Assembly (NCBI GenBank): GCA_964187785.1
Contig: OZ076409.1
Location: forward strand, 62,498,001 to 62,562,000
Length of the DNA: 64,000 nucleotides
Source: Amphiscolops sp. MND2022
Taxonomy: Eukaryota
Reading direction: 5' to 3'
In this document: piece after piece, positions 50,522 to 60,510 of the stretch
Layout of the letters: every line of letters begins with the position of its first letter
How positions within the stretch are numbered: position 1 is the first letter of the stretch
Position numbers and translations under genes: made by a program
The notes under the pieces: generated by a model
Seen by the model: only the letters and a program-made list of their open reading frames with translations
The model's database searches: none
What the model was told of the DNA's origin: nothing

Positions 50522-53500
50522 ATGAAGCCCAACAGTTTGCGTAACCTTTGGATTTCTATAACGAGAACATTAAGCCGCACGAACACCCAGCGACGCTCTA
50601 ATCATTCAAAAGGGGGGAGGAAGGACACCTCGCGATGCACTGAAGCATCAAAGACACCAGACCCAACGGGGTGCGAGACAAATCTCAGTGCGATATCAGA
50701 CCTGACCTCAGACCCCAGGGAGGAAGATTGGCCAACTGATGACAGTTTCGTTATGGAACCCGATTTTTCAGACCCTATGTCAGACGACGCATCGGAGAAG
50801 TATCAGGCCAAGCCAATCGCCAGGACTACCGATGATATCGGAGGTTCAGCCGACGAAACAGGAAGTCAGGCGCACACGTCCAAATGGTTACAAGAACTCA
50901 CTAAAGTAGCCGTCACACCTTTTGGTACTGACGAAGCAGGAACATGGCCCAATTCCAACAGGACAAACGCTGAAGAAGAAGCTGAAATGAGTTGCTTGAA
51001 TGCCACTGGACAACTCAAAGCTCCCAGCATGGCCAGCGAGAGCACTGCAAACACGGCAGAGATATTGCAACAAATGTCTTATGTCGGGGGTATGAATTAT
51101 GCCAGGGCACGTCTTCAAGAAGCTACGGCCCCCCGAGCATCTGGGAAGGGTAAGCAAGTACGGCCTCCAGCCTTACTAGCACAGACCGGCACTACGGGAC
51201 CTCATGGCGACTCGCGCTCATCCTCACCTTCATCAAAAGCTGCATCTGCCCGATCCTCAGCATATCGAGCCGTACATGAAGCAGCGAAAGCGCGCAAAGC
51301 TCTGTTAGATGCCCAGATAGGCGTGAAGCAAGCTGCTTCACAACTGTCTGAGCGTAAAGCAAGGTGCGATAGAGAGCATCAGTCAATAATGGAGGAGATA
51401 GAAGCCGTACAAACTGAACTGCGAACATCAACTGAGCGACAAGCGCAAGGACATGAAATTCAGGCAGCCCGAATGGATGCCATGGGTTATCGAATGGCCG
51501 AAATAAAGGACATGGTGACCGAAAGAGAGGTGCGCATGGAAGCTCAACTGCAAGAGGTATGTTCACAGATACAAGCAATGGGCACTATGTTGAAAAATAT
51601 CCAACCTCAACCCGCACCAGTAAGTAACACTATCAAAGAGTTGCTGCAAGACACTGATGTATCACTGCCAAAACCCATGAAAAGCGTCTCCCTCAAGCCA
51701 AAAGAGAGTGTGACGATTTCAACAAACCCATCTGGCTCTAAACAACACTTGGCCAGGTACGCGCCCTTGCCACAAACTCTGGTCTCAAATGGAGAAGCTG
51801 CGTCAACATCGACGAAATTTATCCCATCCGCGGTATCAACAAAAAATGTTCCACCCACGACCAAAACTCACAAGAAAGAACCAACGTGCGAGGTGATAAC
51901 TATCGACACTTCAAGCATGGGTATCAGCGACCTGCGAGAGCCCACACGCACAAACGTGCTAACCGAAGTCACTAGCACCTTCCAAACAGCAAATGCAACT
52001 TTGGGAGAATCAGCAGCAGAATTCCAAACCGCGAACGACGAATTACCCCCGGGCAACCCATGCGCCAGCAGCACTCGACGCCGAGAAGTGACTCTCCCCG
52101 AGAACACCGATGACTCTGTCAACTCAACGCGAGGCAGCAGTATCCCGCCACCAGCCATCAGTGAAGAAGCGCCTATATCACCGGAGCAACTCAGGTTTAC
52201 CGAGGCAATATCCAAAGCCATGTCCAAGGAACTGGCGCCGCTGATTGCTAATCGAGATCAAACTAGGGTGCGCCCTACGATATACAAAGGCACTAAAGAT
52301 GGTTCTGTCGATGGATGGCTCCCAGTGATGAAGCGATTTCTAGAAAGGGTACATGCAAAATCCCCAAAGATCGACAGAGCCTGGGCTATCATCGATCACC
52401 TGGAAGGAGAGGCAAGAAATTATATAATCAACAAATCTGAACCTGAACGTGATGAACCCGACAAGGAATTCTCTCTCTTGGCCAGCAGATTTGGAACCGG
52501 TGGAAATCGCATGCACGTCAGGCAAACCTTCATGTCTCGTGTCCAACAGGAAAAAGAGGATTGGATGCAATTCTTGGACGCATTAGAAGGTCTGCGCACC
52601 CAAGGTTTCCCAGACGAGCCTATCACTACGCGTCGTTATGAAATCCTGCAACGTTTTATAGATGGTATAAATGACCCGACGCTGCGACAAGAGTTGGCCG
52701 TGGTGTACGCTGCAGAGTCATATCTGACCGAGCCACCAACTGTAGAATCCCTAAGGTTCACCACGAGACAATTACAACGGCATCGCCCAAACGCGTCAAA
52801 ACCTTACGACCCAAGGTATGCAATGAGATCGAGGCCTCACCCTTTCGTGCCAGGAAAATTGGTTCATCCAGCACCAGGCCTACCGCAAAACGTACTACCT
52901 CCAAACCAAGGACAACGAGAGGCTAAACCCCAGATGGCTCCACCAGGCCCTGCATCGGTAAAACAGGCTCCTGCACAGCAGCAACCAGCGAGAGTGATTC
53001 CCCAAGGAGCATGCTTCAACTGTGGACTACCAGGTCACTTTGCAAGGGAATGCCCAAGTCGAGACCTAGCAAGGAAACCAGCGGCTCGCGCTGCACCCGA
53101 AGAACGAGTAAACTTATGCGAGAATAATGTGGCCTCTGCATGTTCTGGCCCCGTATTCTGTGTAAATTGTGGCATGACCGAACACTCTGCATCACAGTGC
53201 CAAAATGTTCCAGTACATGAGGATTTGGCCTACAGCCTCTGGGCTGAACAGCCATCTGCTTCTCAAACAATGAGTGACAGCGAAATGGTACTCATGCTTC
53301 GCCCTGCTGAAGCCGCTCACGTGACGACGCCCCTTACCGTCACATGTGGCAAAATCCAAATCCAGACGAACCCGGAGCCAACTACTTTTGATCCCTCGGG
53401 ACGCACTATCATGTCTGTCCGATTACTATTGGCGATTGAGAGAGAAACCCGCCCAGAACTCACCATAGACGCTCTGATAGACGAGATAACCGCAAACAAG

Positions 53501-55024
53501 AATTGCCGACAATTGACCCTGCCCCAACCGGAAGAATGGCAGGTAAAAGGCGTCACTTCGACGTATCATGCCTATTCTCCGATTCCAGTCAAAGTTTGCA
53601 TAGATGGTGTTGACATGCGTTTTGGTGCCACTATCATTACTGACGCGTTTCCTCCTGGAATCTGCTTGGGACCGCAGGAGCTGCGCTGCTATAACATTGA
53701 TGCTCAAGAACCAACTGGTGAAGCGAGAATCGATGAGCTTGCGTCGCTCGTAGTTTCATTCGTGGTTCCCGATGCTGCTCCCGTGCCATTACGTGGTCTG
53801 ATAGACACTGGATCAGGAGTGTCCATCCTCACCTTCTCAGCCTACAACCGAGTCGCCGTGCGCACTGGGACACTCTTACGACCTTATGGTATTGACTTAT
53901 ATGCCGCGAATGGGAAGACGATCAAAACTTTTGGTCTAGCGGAGAAAGTCAAATTCCAATTGGGAGGCTACGATTTGGAAACTAACTTCGTGGTAGTCGA
54001 TGACGCCATGGGAGTGGAAGACTTCCTCCTGGGCAGAAACTTCCTAAGAGCTTATCAAGTCTTGGTGGATTTAACCGCGATGAAGGTCATTGTCCGAGCT
54101 CCGTCTGAACCAGTGTGGTACCATGCCCACACACAAGTAAGTAACGAATCACTCAATTCGTCGGTAGCGATTGCACAGGACGTAGTGTTGCAACCTTTTG
54201 AACGCGCAATACTGCGCGCTAAATTGCTTGTAGACAACTTAGAACCTTTCATGTTTCGGACCGTGCTAATCAATTTTCAAACACCTAACCGAATGTTAAA
54301 AAACGCCATCTTTTTAGAGGACACCGTGGCGACCGTGGGGGAGACTGGCTTCCTTTACGTCAGTTTAGGAAATCTTACCAGCAACGTGCAGCGGATTAAA
54401 AAGGGCACCCTTTTAGGAACCGCGGTACCCGTAACGATGGTTCATAAAGCCATCCCCCAAATTGTCCCCGGACAATCAAGTGAAACTCAGCAGTCAAATG
54501 CAAATTATGTTTGTAAAGTTTACGAACAGATGAACCTTGATTCTTCTTCTGAATATAGTTCTTCATCTGAATTTGAGTTTTTGTCCTCTACCGAACCGTC
54601 AGAACTAGGCTTGTCCGAGCGCGAAGTAAAAAGACGAACCGATCCGGCGTTAATGGCTCCGATACCGGGCCCGGAAGCACAACTCGACGAGGTGCGCGGT
54701 TTGTGGGGATCGACCGCCAGCGACACGCTTAGTAAACTTTTGAACGAATTTGATGATTTGTTTATGAAATTCAAAGCCGACATTGGCAAGTGTAAAATCG
54801 CTAAGCACCCGGTGGAAGTAGAGCCAGGGGCTGTACCCCACCGCGAAGGTGCAAGACGAATGTCGCCTGACAAGGCAGAACGTGCTAACCAAGAAGTTCG
54901 TGACTTGCTAGCTTTGGGAATGATACAACCTTCCTTATCCCCTTGGGCGAGTGGAATTGTTATGGTCAAAAAGAAGAGTGGTGAATTGCGATTCTGTTGT
55001 GATTTTCGGCACTTAATGAAGTGA
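50522..55024 (+). CDS. gag-pol: Gypsy Gag-protease-(dUTPase-like)-RT N-terminus
   Basis: Coiled coil, capsid-like region, zinc knuckles CFNCGLPGHFAREC (53012) and CVNCGMTEHSASQC, protease LIDTGSG (53804) and FLLGRNFL, RT start SPWASGIVMVKKKSGELRFCCDFR; 1-nt frame break at ~55010. Confidence 0.93.
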   Translation: MKPNSLRNLWISITRTLSRTNTQRRSNHSKGGRKDTSRCTEASKTPDPTGCETNLSAISDLTSDPREEDWPTDDSFVMEPDFSDPMSDDASEKYQAKPIARTTDDIGGSADETGSQAHTSKWLQELTKVAVTPFGTDEAGTWPNSNRTNAEEEAEMSCLNATGQLKAPSMASESTANTAEILQQMSYVGGMNYARARLQEATAPRASGKGKQVRPPALLAQTGTTGPHGDSRSSSPSSKAASARSSAYRAVHEAAKARKALLDAQIGVKQAASQLSERKARCDREHQSIMEEIEAVQTELRTSTERQAQGHEIQAARMDAMGYRMAEIKDMVTEREVRMEAQLQEVCSQIQAMGTMLKNIQPQPAPVSNTIKELLQDTDVSLPKPMKSVSLKPKESVTISTNPSGSKQHLARYAPLPQTLVSNGEAASTSTKFIPSAVSTKNVPPTTKTHKKEPTCEVITIDTSSMGISDLREPTRTNVLTEVTSTFQTANATLGESAAEFQTANDELPPGNPCASSTRRREVTLPENTDDSVNSTRGSSIPPPAISEEAPISPEQLRFTEAISKAMSKELAPLIANRDQTRVRPTIYKGTKDGSVDGWLPVMKRFLERVHAKSPKIDRAWAIIDHLEGEARNYIINKSEPERDEPDKEFSLLASRFGTGGNRMHVRQTFMSRVQQEKEDWMQFLDALEGLRTQGFPDEPITTRRYEILQRFIDGINDPTLRQELAVVYAAESYLTEPPTVESLRFTTRQLQRHRPNASKPYDPRYAMRSRPHPFVPGKLVHPAPGLPQNVLPPNQGQREAKPQMAPPGPASVKQAPAQQQPARVIPQGACFNCGLPGHFARECPSRDLARKPAARAAPEERVNLCENNVASACSGPVFCVNCGMTEHSASQCQNVPVHEDLAYSLWAEQPSASQTMSDSEMVLMLRPAEAAHVTTPLTVTCGKIQIQTNPEPTTFDPSGRTIMSVRLLLAIERETRPELTIDALIDEITANKNCRQLTLPQPEEWQVKGVTSTYHAYSPIPVKVCIDGVDMRFGATIITDAFPPGICLGPQELRCYNIDAQEPTGEARIDELASLVVSFVVPDAAPVPLRGLIDTGSGVSILTFSAYNRVAVRTGTLLRPYGIDLYAANGKTIKTFGLAEKVKFQLGGYDLETNFVVVDDAMGVEDFLLGRNFLRAYQVLVDLTAMKVIVRAPSEPVWYHAHTQVSNESLNSSVAIAQDVVLQPFERAILRAKLLVDNLEPFMFRTVLINFQTPNRMLKNAIFLEDTVATVGETGFLYVSLGNLTSNVQRIKKGTLLGTAVPVTMVHKAIPQIVPGQSSETQQSNANYVCKVYEQMNLDSSSEYSSSSEFEFLSSTEPSELGLSEREVKRRTDPALMAPIPGPEAQLDEVRGLWGSTASDTLSKLLNEFDDLFMKFKADIGKCKIAKHPVEVEPGAVPHREGARRMSPDKAERANQEVRDLLALGMIQPSLSPWASGIVMVKKKSGELRFCCDFRHLMK

Positions 55025-58000
55025 CTATCAAAGACGCTTATCCCTTGCCACGCATCGATGAGAGTCTATCCCGATTGGGCAAAGCCAAAATCTATACTAG
55101 TATTGACTTGGCGTGGGCATTCTGGCAAATTCCTGTCCGAAAAGCCGATCGTCAAAAGACTGCCTTCGCTTGTGAACTTGGGTTATTTGAGTGGCGGCGT
55201 ATGCCTTTTGGTATGTGTAACGCATCAGCAACATTTCAACGGGCAATAGCGCGAGCGCTACAAAGAATAGTGAACCGTGAAGGAAGTATGGTTATGGCCT
55301 ATATCGATGACATTGTGATTGCTACCGAGACCATCGAGGATCACATGGATAGACTACGCGAAGTATTCCAATGCCTGCGTGAGGCCGGGTTCAAAATGAG
55401 AGTCTCCAAGTGTGACTTCATGAAATCGGAGATCAAATATTTGGGCCGGGTCGTATCCGCAGAAGGTATCAAGCCAGATCCAAAAGCTGTCACCAAGCTG
55501 AAAGAATGGGATATCCCGCGAACCAAGACTGAATTGCAGAGTTTCTTGGGTTTTGCCAACTACTATCGGGATTTTATCCCGTGGCATGCAAAATTAGTTG
55601 CCCCCTTACACGCGATAACGGGAGGAGCCTCTTCATTTTTATGGGGGGAGGAGCAGCAGCGAGCCTTCAACAGCATCAAAGTGGCACTAATGGAAGCCAC
55701 TGCTCTGGCGCAACCTGACACTGAAGGCGAATTTGTTCTCGACACAGATGCTAGTGGTGTAGCTATATCGGGTATTCTGCACCAATGGCAAGGACCACCT
55801 GAGAGTCGCAAACTGCGACCGATTGTATTCGGAAGCAAAAAATTAACTGCTACGCAAGCAAAGTATGGAGCCCCAAATTTGGAAATGTATGCTGCATACT
55901 ATTTCATCTTGAAAAACCACAGTTATCTCTGTCCACGAAAGTTCATACTGAGGGTAGATAATCAGGCCCTATCCTGGCTAAAAACATATTCGATGGATCA
56001 GGCGATTATCGGTCGATGGATTATGGCTCTTGAAAAATATCACTTCAGTATTGAGCACCGACCCAGAACGCAACATCGAAATGCTGACGGTCTTAGCAAA
56101 CGAACAAATGATTACAAAAAACACGAAAAGCAACTAAAGGGTTTACCCGCAATTGCAGACAAATGGGATTTCCTATCACAGGAGGAATATAACAAACTCC
56201 CGCTAGCCCCATGGTTCGATGTCCACGGACGTGTGATACCAAATCACCCAGAATTGCCTGCACACTTGCAGAGGTTGGGTAGCCAAAGTTCACCCGAGAC
56301 CACAGTTGCCGTTCCCACGCGAAGGAGCGGACGAAGCAAACGAAATGCGACCATACGCGACGAAGCCATGAGAGCGCCCCTACCTACATTGCCAAAACCA
56401 GAATTGACACTGCCTGCCGAACTTTATCCAGAATATCCTGAGGATTGGTTGGAACTGACCGAGGAATATCAACGAGACTATTTACTCCCCACGCATGCTG
56501 CTAACGTACCATCAAGAACCACTTACCCATTGACGGAAAAGCAAGCAACTAGCACTGCACCAGAGCACGTGAAACAAGCCGCGTTCGTGGTAAACAGCAT
56601 ATCAATGGAACTGCATGAACATGCTAACACAGTCCATGGGTTGAAGGATCTACTACTAGCACAAAACCGTGACGTCCATATATTGGCTATCAAGAAATTG
56701 GTAATGCAAGAATCAACAGATAATGACGTCTTTCCGGAGAATGTACGTGCCTTTGCCAAAAACTACCACAAACAGAAGAAGAACCTTCTACTAATAAACA
56801 CCAACGGGATTTTGTGTGTAAAATACTCCAAAAGTCAAAGAGCTTTGCATCAACGCCCCTGCATGATAGTGATGCCACAATTGTATCAGCATGAGATACT
56901 ATTCAAGGCCCATGACGCGATGGGACATCAGGGCATCGCGAAAGTCTTGGCCAGAATTCACGAGCGCCACACTTGGCCAGGCATCCGCCGCACCATTGGA
57001 CAATACGTCAGCCAATGCATCACTTGTCAACAAGTACGCGACAAGCCTGGTGATGTACGCTTTCACTTGAAGAATATCCAAAGCGGTTATTTCAACGAGC
57101 TAGTCCAATATGACCACATGAAGATTTGTCCCTCTGATGATGGTAACACAGGGATATTGGTTATTATCGATCATTTCTCTAAACTCGCAGAAGCTGTGCC
57201 GTGCAACCACGATGAGTATGATGCAGCGACCACTTCAAAGTTGTTGTTGCAGAAGTGGTTTGCCCGCCATGGAACACCGACGAGGATGCAGTCAGACAAT
57301 GCTCCCAATTTCACCGCGGCAGTATCTGCTGAGTTTATGAAAGCAGCCCAAATGACCAAAGTAACCTCAACTGCTGGCCACCCCAGGACTCAAGGGTTGG
57401 TAGAGCGACAAAACCGAACGCTACTCACCCTACTGCGTGTATTCTGCTCTAGACGAATGCGTGACTGGGATCAGTACCTAGATGAAGTTATGGGTGCATA
57501 CAACTCCACACGTCATGCCACTACTGGATTCTCCCCGTATATGCTGACCAGAGGCATGGAAAAAGCTATACCCCTGACTTTCTTGTATCCAGAATTTGCA
57601 ACTCAGTCATTCGAATCATACGAAGCCTATGTGGAACATGTGCTGGCTCGACAACAAGAGATTCATGACTTAGTCCGTCGCAACACGCATCAAGCCCAGC
57701 AACGACAAAAATTGAAGTACGACAGAGCAATTCGTGCTAAAGCCTACGAAGTGGGCGAACCTGTTTGGGTATTCTGCCGATACATTCCTCAAAAGGGATC
57801 TCCTAAATTGATGAGAGCGTGGCGTGGTCCTCACAAGGTAGCACGAGTGCTACAAGAGGGACGTGTCTACATACTTGACACTGGTCAGAAAGTGCATTTC
57901 GAACGATTGAAACCGCATCATGGTGGTCCAACAGAATGGGCAGCTGTTCCTGCGCATAACGGCGAGGTTGCTATCATCATGGACCCTGATCCAGAACAAT

Positions 58001-58770
58001 CCCATGAGGAGGTGAGAGACGATGCTTCGCAACCTTCTTACCGTGCAGAGGAACCAATTTCAGAAGCCAGTAATGCCTCTTTGCCTTCTCGACAAAGACA
58101 TTGGATGGACACACGGTTACGCACACACATGCGCGCAGGTGGCAGCCGCCTACACTATCAACAATTTGGCTACTCTTCGACTGAGTCTGACGATGAACCT
58201 TCTGATGTACTCCTATCGAGTGTTCAGGCCAGTCCTGATGAAAGTGTTATCTTGTCATCACATGTAGATGAACCTGCGCCTACTCCCGAAATGCCAATAT
58301 CACCACTACCTGCTATGGAGGCTCTGTTCTCAGAGAATGAAGCAGTACCCGACGCATTGGACATCACCCCGGATCCTACTATCCACGTACCCACCAAAAG
58401 TGCCGCCACCTCTTTGACCGGTACATCCGCCCCATTATTGACAAATCCATCTCTTACGGATATGTTGAGTAACTTTCCCATTTGGCCCCTAATCGATGAC
58501 AATGTTCTCAACCCAACCCTAGACGACAACGGTGCTGAAATACCAACAACCAATAACGAAAAGGGATCGATCCCCCTGCGACAGTTCCCACCAACAACAA
58601 TGCAGCTACTACCACGAAACTCTCCAATGCTCCTAGAGGGCGTGGACCCCGGGGACGTCCGCCAGGCAGAGCGAGGCCGCGAGCCTCGCTGCCACGTGGT
58701 CACCAACGGAGAGGTGCTATTAGAGGCGCTCGCAAAAGAGGCCGTCCCAGAGGTAGACCTCCTCGTATAA
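55021..58770 (+). CDS. pol: Gypsy Pol: RT, RNase H, integrase
   Basis: DAYPLPRID, MPFGMCNA, YIDD (55300), LDTDAS, VDNQAL, H-x4-H...CITC zinc finger, QYD/SDN/VER catalytic DDE, WRGPHKV (GPY/F). Confidence 0.95.
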   Translation: MTIKDAYPLPRIDESLSRLGKAKIYTSIDLAWAFWQIPVRKADRQKTAFACELGLFEWRRMPFGMCNASATFQRAIARALQRIVNREGSMVMAYIDDIVIATETIEDHMDRLREVFQCLREAGFKMRVSKCDFMKSEIKYLGRVVSAEGIKPDPKAVTKLKEWDIPRTKTELQSFLGFANYYRDFIPWHAKLVAPLHAITGGASSFLWGEEQQRAFNSIKVALMEATALAQPDTEGEFVLDTDASGVAISGILHQWQGPPESRKLRPIVFGSKKLTATQAKYGAPNLEMYAAYYFILKNHSYLCPRKFILRVDNQALSWLKTYSMDQAIIGRWIMALEKYHFSIEHRPRTQHRNADGLSKRTNDYKKHEKQLKGLPAIADKWDFLSQEEYNKLPLAPWFDVHGRVIPNHPELPAHLQRLGSQSSPETTVAVPTRRSGRSKRNATIRDEAMRAPLPTLPKPELTLPAELYPEYPEDWLELTEEYQRDYLLPTHAANVPSRTTYPLTEKQATSTAPEHVKQAAFVVNSISMELHEHANTVHGLKDLLLAQNRDVHILAIKKLVMQESTDNDVFPENVRAFAKNYHKQKKNLLLINTNGILCVKYSKSQRALHQRPCMIVMPQLYQHEILFKAHDAMGHQGIAKVLARIHERHTWPGIRRTIGQYVSQCITCQQVRDKPGDVRFHLKNIQSGYFNELVQYDHMKICPSDDGNTGILVIIDHFSKLAEAVPCNHDEYDAATTSKLLLQKWFARHGTPTRMQSDNAPNFTAAVSAEFMKAAQMTKVTSTAGHPRTQGLVERQNRTLLTLLRVFCSRRMRDWDQYLDEVMGAYNSTRHATTGFSPYMLTRGMEKAIPLTFLYPEFATQSFESYEAYVEHVLARQQEIHDLVRRNTHQAQQRQKLKYDRAIRAKAYEVGEPVWVFCRYIPQKGSPKLMRAWRGPHKVARVLQEGRVYILDTGQKVHFERLKPHHGGPTEWAAVPAHNGEVAIIMDPDPEQSHEEVRDDASQPSYRAEEPISEASNASLPSRQRHWMDTRLRTHMRAGGSRLHYQQFGYSSTESDDEPSDVLLSSVQASPDESVILSSHVDEPAPTPEMPISPLPAMEALFSENEAVPDALDITPDPTIHVPTKSAATSLTGTSAPLLTNPSLTDMLSNFPIWPLIDDNVLNPTLDDNGAEIPTTNNEKGSIPLRQFPPTTMQLLPRNSPMLLEGVDPGDVRQAERGREPRCHVVTNGEVLLEALAKEAVPEVDLLV

Positions 58771-60287
58771 CGCACGCCAGACCTAACACTCCTACCCGTG
58801 TTCGTAGCACTCCATCTATGGACACTGACTCTTCTGCCCCTAGCGCGGCGGTTACCTCAGACCAAGCAGCACCGCCAGAATCAACCAACGCCCGTTATGG
58901 ACTGCGACACAATCGTATTCCCAGATATCGTTGCGGAACATGTGGCCTACGAGACTGCGAATGTAACTACATGGTCCACGCGGGCTTCCCAATCAAACCC
59001 CAGGGAGTCCTGCTAGCACGTGAACAGGAAAAATCGCTTCCAAGCGGAACGGTTGACCGTTTGGTTATTCGGGCCGAGAAGACTTATACTGGGCTACAAC
59101 GCAGCGACACTCCATATCCCGTGGACTATATCCTATCCAAAATGAAAGATTCTACGATAGCAAAGGCCCCGTGCCCAAGGTTCAAGGAGTGGACCTATGA
59201 TCTTGTTGGTTTGGAGTTCACCTTACCCATCACTGTTCCCCCTTTGCCTACAAATATTGCCTTTGGTCCTTTCAACTACGAGCGAGAGCCTATCCAAATG
59301 ATACGCTGTATTCCTGCTGACCTCTTGTATGACAAATACAACGTCACCGCAAAACCAGGAGACGTTTATCAGCCTACAAGCAACTGGTGGCTACTAGTTA
59401 CGGCCAAACAAACATCCGACCTGGTTCATCCCACTAACTTGAACACCTGTCTGGAGAGTTTGCGGACGATGGCCTCTCCTGATAGAATCACTTGTTTCCA
59501 CACCATAGACCTATATCGTGGTAAAATTAAGTTTGAATGGTGGCTGGAACTTATTATAGCGGTCTTATCGAATTTTTCACGAATCAGATTCCTGGACGAA
59601 TGGACACACTCATTTCCTAGTCCTGTATCGCTCCAATCGGCCCTGCACGCACTGGATACATGGTCCAGGGCTAATATTGATAATCAATCATTGCCGCGAT
59701 CTGTGTGGCAAGACTTGGGCGCAATCAAAGGCCTCCTCCCGAATACATGTAACGATGCTCTCTCCAAAGACCCCGGACGAGAGTTAGTGTACCATGGAGC
59801 CGTGAGACCTCAATTGGTTGACTATGTGCAGTATGCCAATACGGACTTCCTGCAGACTCCCCATCACATTGTTTTATGTTGTCCCGCAAATCTGGAAACT
59901 AGTTCTGCCGCTCTTCGTTACGTCATTCGTGAGCATGGTGCAGATGCAATCTTTCAACTTCGACCGGAGGTTGGCAATATTGTAACGCTACCCACAACTT
60001 TGATAGACGGCCATCCTCAGACTATCCACCTTTTAATCACACGAGCTACACCTCGCTGCCCTATGCTCGCTGATATTCTCTTTGGATGTCTTGATCATTT
60101 GAAAACGTTACTCGAGCGCTTGGAGGCGATAGAAGTACACTTTGCCATCATTGATCCTGAGCGCCCAATACGTAATCTTTTCGATTTTTATACCTGTTTG
60201 ATGGACGTATTCGCCGATACCCCCCTGACCGTCGTTCTTCACGATCGCGTTTACGTATCTATTGCAAGCGTCACTAGCTTTCCGTAA
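58557..60287 (+). CDS. Probable Pol C-terminal extension (-1 frame): AT-hooks, Cys cluster and two degenerate TARG1/Poa1p-like macro domains
   Basis: The frame of track ORF 58818-60287 is open from 58557 and reads ...PRGRPPGR...RKRGRPRGRPPR...CGTCGLRDCEC...IRCIPADL...WLLVTAKQ...CLESLR...; HHIVLCCPANL...VGNIVTL...IHLLITR...CLDHLK...LMDVF. Confidence 0.75.
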   Translation, partial: RKGIDPPATVPTNNNAATTTKLSNAPRGRGPRGRPPGRARPRASLPRGHQRRGAIRGARKRGRPRGRPPRITHARPNTPTRVRSTPSMDTDSSAPSAAVTSDQAAPPESTNARYGLRHNRIPRYRCGTCGLRDCECNYMVHAGFPIKPQGVLLAREQEKSLPSGTVDRLVIRAEKTYTGLQRSDTPYPVDYILSKMKDSTIAKAPCPRFKEWTYDLVGLEFTLPITVPPLPTNIAFGPFNYEREPIQMIRCIPADLLYDKYNVTAKPGDVYQPTSNWWLLVTAKQTSDLVHPTNLNTCLESLRTMASPDRITCFHTIDLYRGKIKFEWWLELIIAVLSNFSRIRFLDEWTHSFPSPVSLQSALHALDTWSRANIDNQSLPRSVWQDLGAIKGLLPNTCNDALSKDPGRELVYHGAVRPQLVDYVQYANTDFLQTPHHIVLCCPANLETSSAALRYVIREHGADAIFQLRPEVGNIVTLPTTLIDGHPQTIHLLITRATPRCPMLADILFGCLDHLKTLLERLEAIEVHFAIIDPERPIRNLFDFYTCLMDVFADTPLTVVLHDRVYVSIASVTSFP

Positions 60288-60510
60288 AGCTTTTGTTTTT
60301 CCGCCTTTTTTTTGTTTTTGTTTTTTATCCGCTCGATTAAGTTTAGTGAGTCGACACGGAGTTTATGTGAAACTGTTACGTTACCTTTTTCTTTAATGTT
60401 AGTGTGTGACATTATATTACTTTCCCTGATATTACCCTTAAAATGACCTATGGTGTTGCCCAACTATCAAGTGTGCTACAATCGACCTGCACTCTTTCAG
60501 AATTGTCGTC

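Noticed and set aside
55005..55024. Programmed gag-pol ribosomal frameshift
   Set aside because: The break falls inside the RT domain and has no slippery heptamer; a 1-nt deletion explains it.
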